Below the pieces are notes generated by a model, which was given only the letters and a program-made list of their open reading frames with translations, did not search any database and had not been told where the DNA came from. Both the position numbers and the translations under genes were made by a program. 20,759 nucleotides of DNA from an uncultured delta proteobacterium (GTDB taxonomy: Bacteria > Desulfobacterota > Binatia > Bin18): assembly GCA_963733195.1 (NCBI GenBank), contig CAVTCR010000051.1, forward strand, positions 1-20,759. Reading direction: 5' to 3'. Shown here piece after piece: positions 19,327 through 20,759 of the stretch; position 1 is the first letter of the stretch, and each line of letters begins with the position of its first letter.

Positions 19327-19526
19327 CTGCCGAAGCTGAGTATCAACGTAAACGCTGTCGGTTCTGGGAAGGTAATTCGATTGTACGACAAGGAAAACAC
19401 ATAGTGATGTCAGACGGTATGTGTATTCTCACTATCCCACGACACAATCCGATCAATGCCATTACGATGGAAGGAATCGTACGGGATGCAGGGTTAAGTC
19501 TGGAAGAATTTCGCGAGCTGCTCTGA
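19327..19526 (+). pseudogene. hicA: HicA-family toxin with damaged 5' end
   Basis: 19380-19526 reads IVRQGKHIVMSDGMCILTIPRHNPINAITMEGIVRDAGLSLEEFRELL-stop (RQG.H, IPRH, I.RDAGL motifs); upstream residues PKL..IN..NAV are in another frame and there is no canonical start codon. Confidence 0.8.
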
Positions 19527-19736
19527 CAGCCCCGTTTGGCGACAGGAGGACAGGCGTCGCGCGAACCTAGAGCGACAGCACAAACCCAGGGAGGATCGCG
19601 TTGGCTCTAAGATACTTATTTTTAACAACTTTCTCGTTCCGCGATTTCGAGGCTTGTCCGCTTTTGTCCTTCGACAATTCGGATCGCGCAAAAGAGAGAA
19701 AAACCCCAGACCTCACAAGGGTTTGGGAGGTCGGCG
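19527..19736 (+). promoter_or_regulatory. CRISPR leader
   Basis: Non-coding 210 bp before the first repeat, with an AT-rich patch (about 19608-19635), GCGCGAACC near 19559 and GGATCGCG twice (about 19593 and 19681), resembling type I-C leader motifs. Confidence 0.75.
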
Positions 19737-20759
19737 GTAGCACCCAACCTCACTGGTTGGGTGAGGATTGAAACAGAGATGAGGCTTGCCCCTATGTTCC
19801 GGGACACGCGTAGCACCCAACCTCACTGGTTGGGTGAGGATTGAAACGTCACGCTACATTGACATTGACGTGGTAAAGGAGTAGCACCCAACCTCACTGG
19901 TTGGGTGAGGATTGAAACAAGCTGTAATGTAAGAAATGTGTAACGGAAATTCGTGTAGCACCCAACCTCACTGGTTGGGTGAGGATTGAAACAGCGCCTA
20001 GCCGCGAAGGGCGGAGCGAAGCCTGTTGGTAGCACCCAACCTCACTGGTTGGGTGAGGATTGAAACCGTTGTCCCGTATCAGGTCGGGGCGCTAGACCGT
20101 GTAGCACCCAACCTCACTGGTTGGGTGAGGATTGAAACGACCATAAGGACTTATGGGCGCTGATGAATAAGGCGGTAGCACCCAACCTCACTGGTTGGGT
20201 GAGGATTGAAACCTTTGATAATAGTGCCGAAGCCGCCAAGAGCGATTGCCGTAGCACCCAACCTCACTGGTTGGGTGAGGATTGAAACTTCCACACGGTT
20301 TTGCCGTTGCTCTGTCGCGTCAGTAGCACCCAACCTCACTGGTTGGGTGAGGATTGAAACATTAGCTCACACTACAAGCGTACAGCTTGAGGCTGTAGCA
20401 CCCAACCTCACTGGTTGGGTGAGGATTGAAAACTTTACCCGGCCCCTCCTGCTAGCGCCGATCTTAGTAGCACCCAACCTCACTGGTTGGGTGAGGATTG
20501 AAACCCATAGAGCCGCGAACGTCGCTAAGCGCTTTTGTAGCACCCAACCTCACTGGTTGGGTGAGGATTGAAACTTTACCGACGGGCGCAGGCAAAAGCC
20601 TGTGTCTTGGTAGCACCCAACCTCACTGGTTGGGTGAGGATTGAAACTTCATAATATGTTCTCCTTAATCGCTCGCCCTGGCTTGTAGCACCCAACCTCA
20701 CTGGTTGGGTGAGGATTGAAACTTGTTCGCCAGTGAGTTCTGACACGGCATCACACCGT
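19737..20759 (+). CRISPR. Type I-C CRISPR array, 14 complete repeats, truncated by the window end
   Basis: Repeat GTAGCACCCAACCTCACTGGTTGGGTGAGGATTGAAAC (38 nt; stem CACCCAACC/GGTTGGGTG, 11-nt 3' tail) starting at 19737, 19810, 19881, 19955, 20029, 20101, 20175, 20251, 20323, 20395, 20467, 20537, 20610, 20685; 13 complete unique spacers of 32-38 nt; repeat 10 has one extra A; final GT may begin repeat 15. Confidence 0.99.

Noticed and set aside
19120-19404. 94-aa ORF as a HicB fusion or novel protein
   Set aside because: Only the first 20 codons are HicB; the HicB signature continues one base out of frame, so the rest is frameshift read-through.
19823-20571. ORFs within the CRISPR array (19823-20035 -, 20151-20339 -, 20206-20571 +)
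   Set aside because: They are translations of repeats and spacers (recurring VAPNLTGWVRIET / VSILTQPVRLGAT).
19775-20757. Self-targeting of array spacers within this window
   Set aside because: No full-length match noticed by eye; a computational search was not possible.

Overview
Bacterial chromosomal window with two halves. Left half (1-9309), intact housekeeping genes: purB (3' end)-purS-purQ-purL-purF, a convergent nadB, then a lytic transglycosylase, pgsA and a UDP-glucuronate 4-epimerase-like gene. Right half (9310-20759), an accessory defence region: a small antitoxin plus PIN/VapC toxin pair, several REP-like palindromes, a type I-C CRISPR-Cas operon (cas3-cas5-cas8c[with internal cas11]-cas7-cas4-cas1-cas2), a hicB-hicA pair, a leader and a CRISPR array (14 copies of a 38-nt repeat, running off the window end). 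The most notable unannotated structure is a degenerate repeat-spacer-repeat mini-array (18984-19093). It overlaps the cas2 stop codon, keeps the repeat stem through compensatory substitutions, and sits directly upstream of hicBA, so it is a candidate crRNA-like regulatory RNA (CreA/CreR-like) linked to a protein toxin-antitoxin pair. The right half carries about ten single-base indels (cas3, cas4, cas1, cas2, hicB, hicA, antitoxin, one repeat) while cas5, cas8c and cas7 are unbroken; sequencing error is the leading explanation but cannot be settled from the sequence alone.
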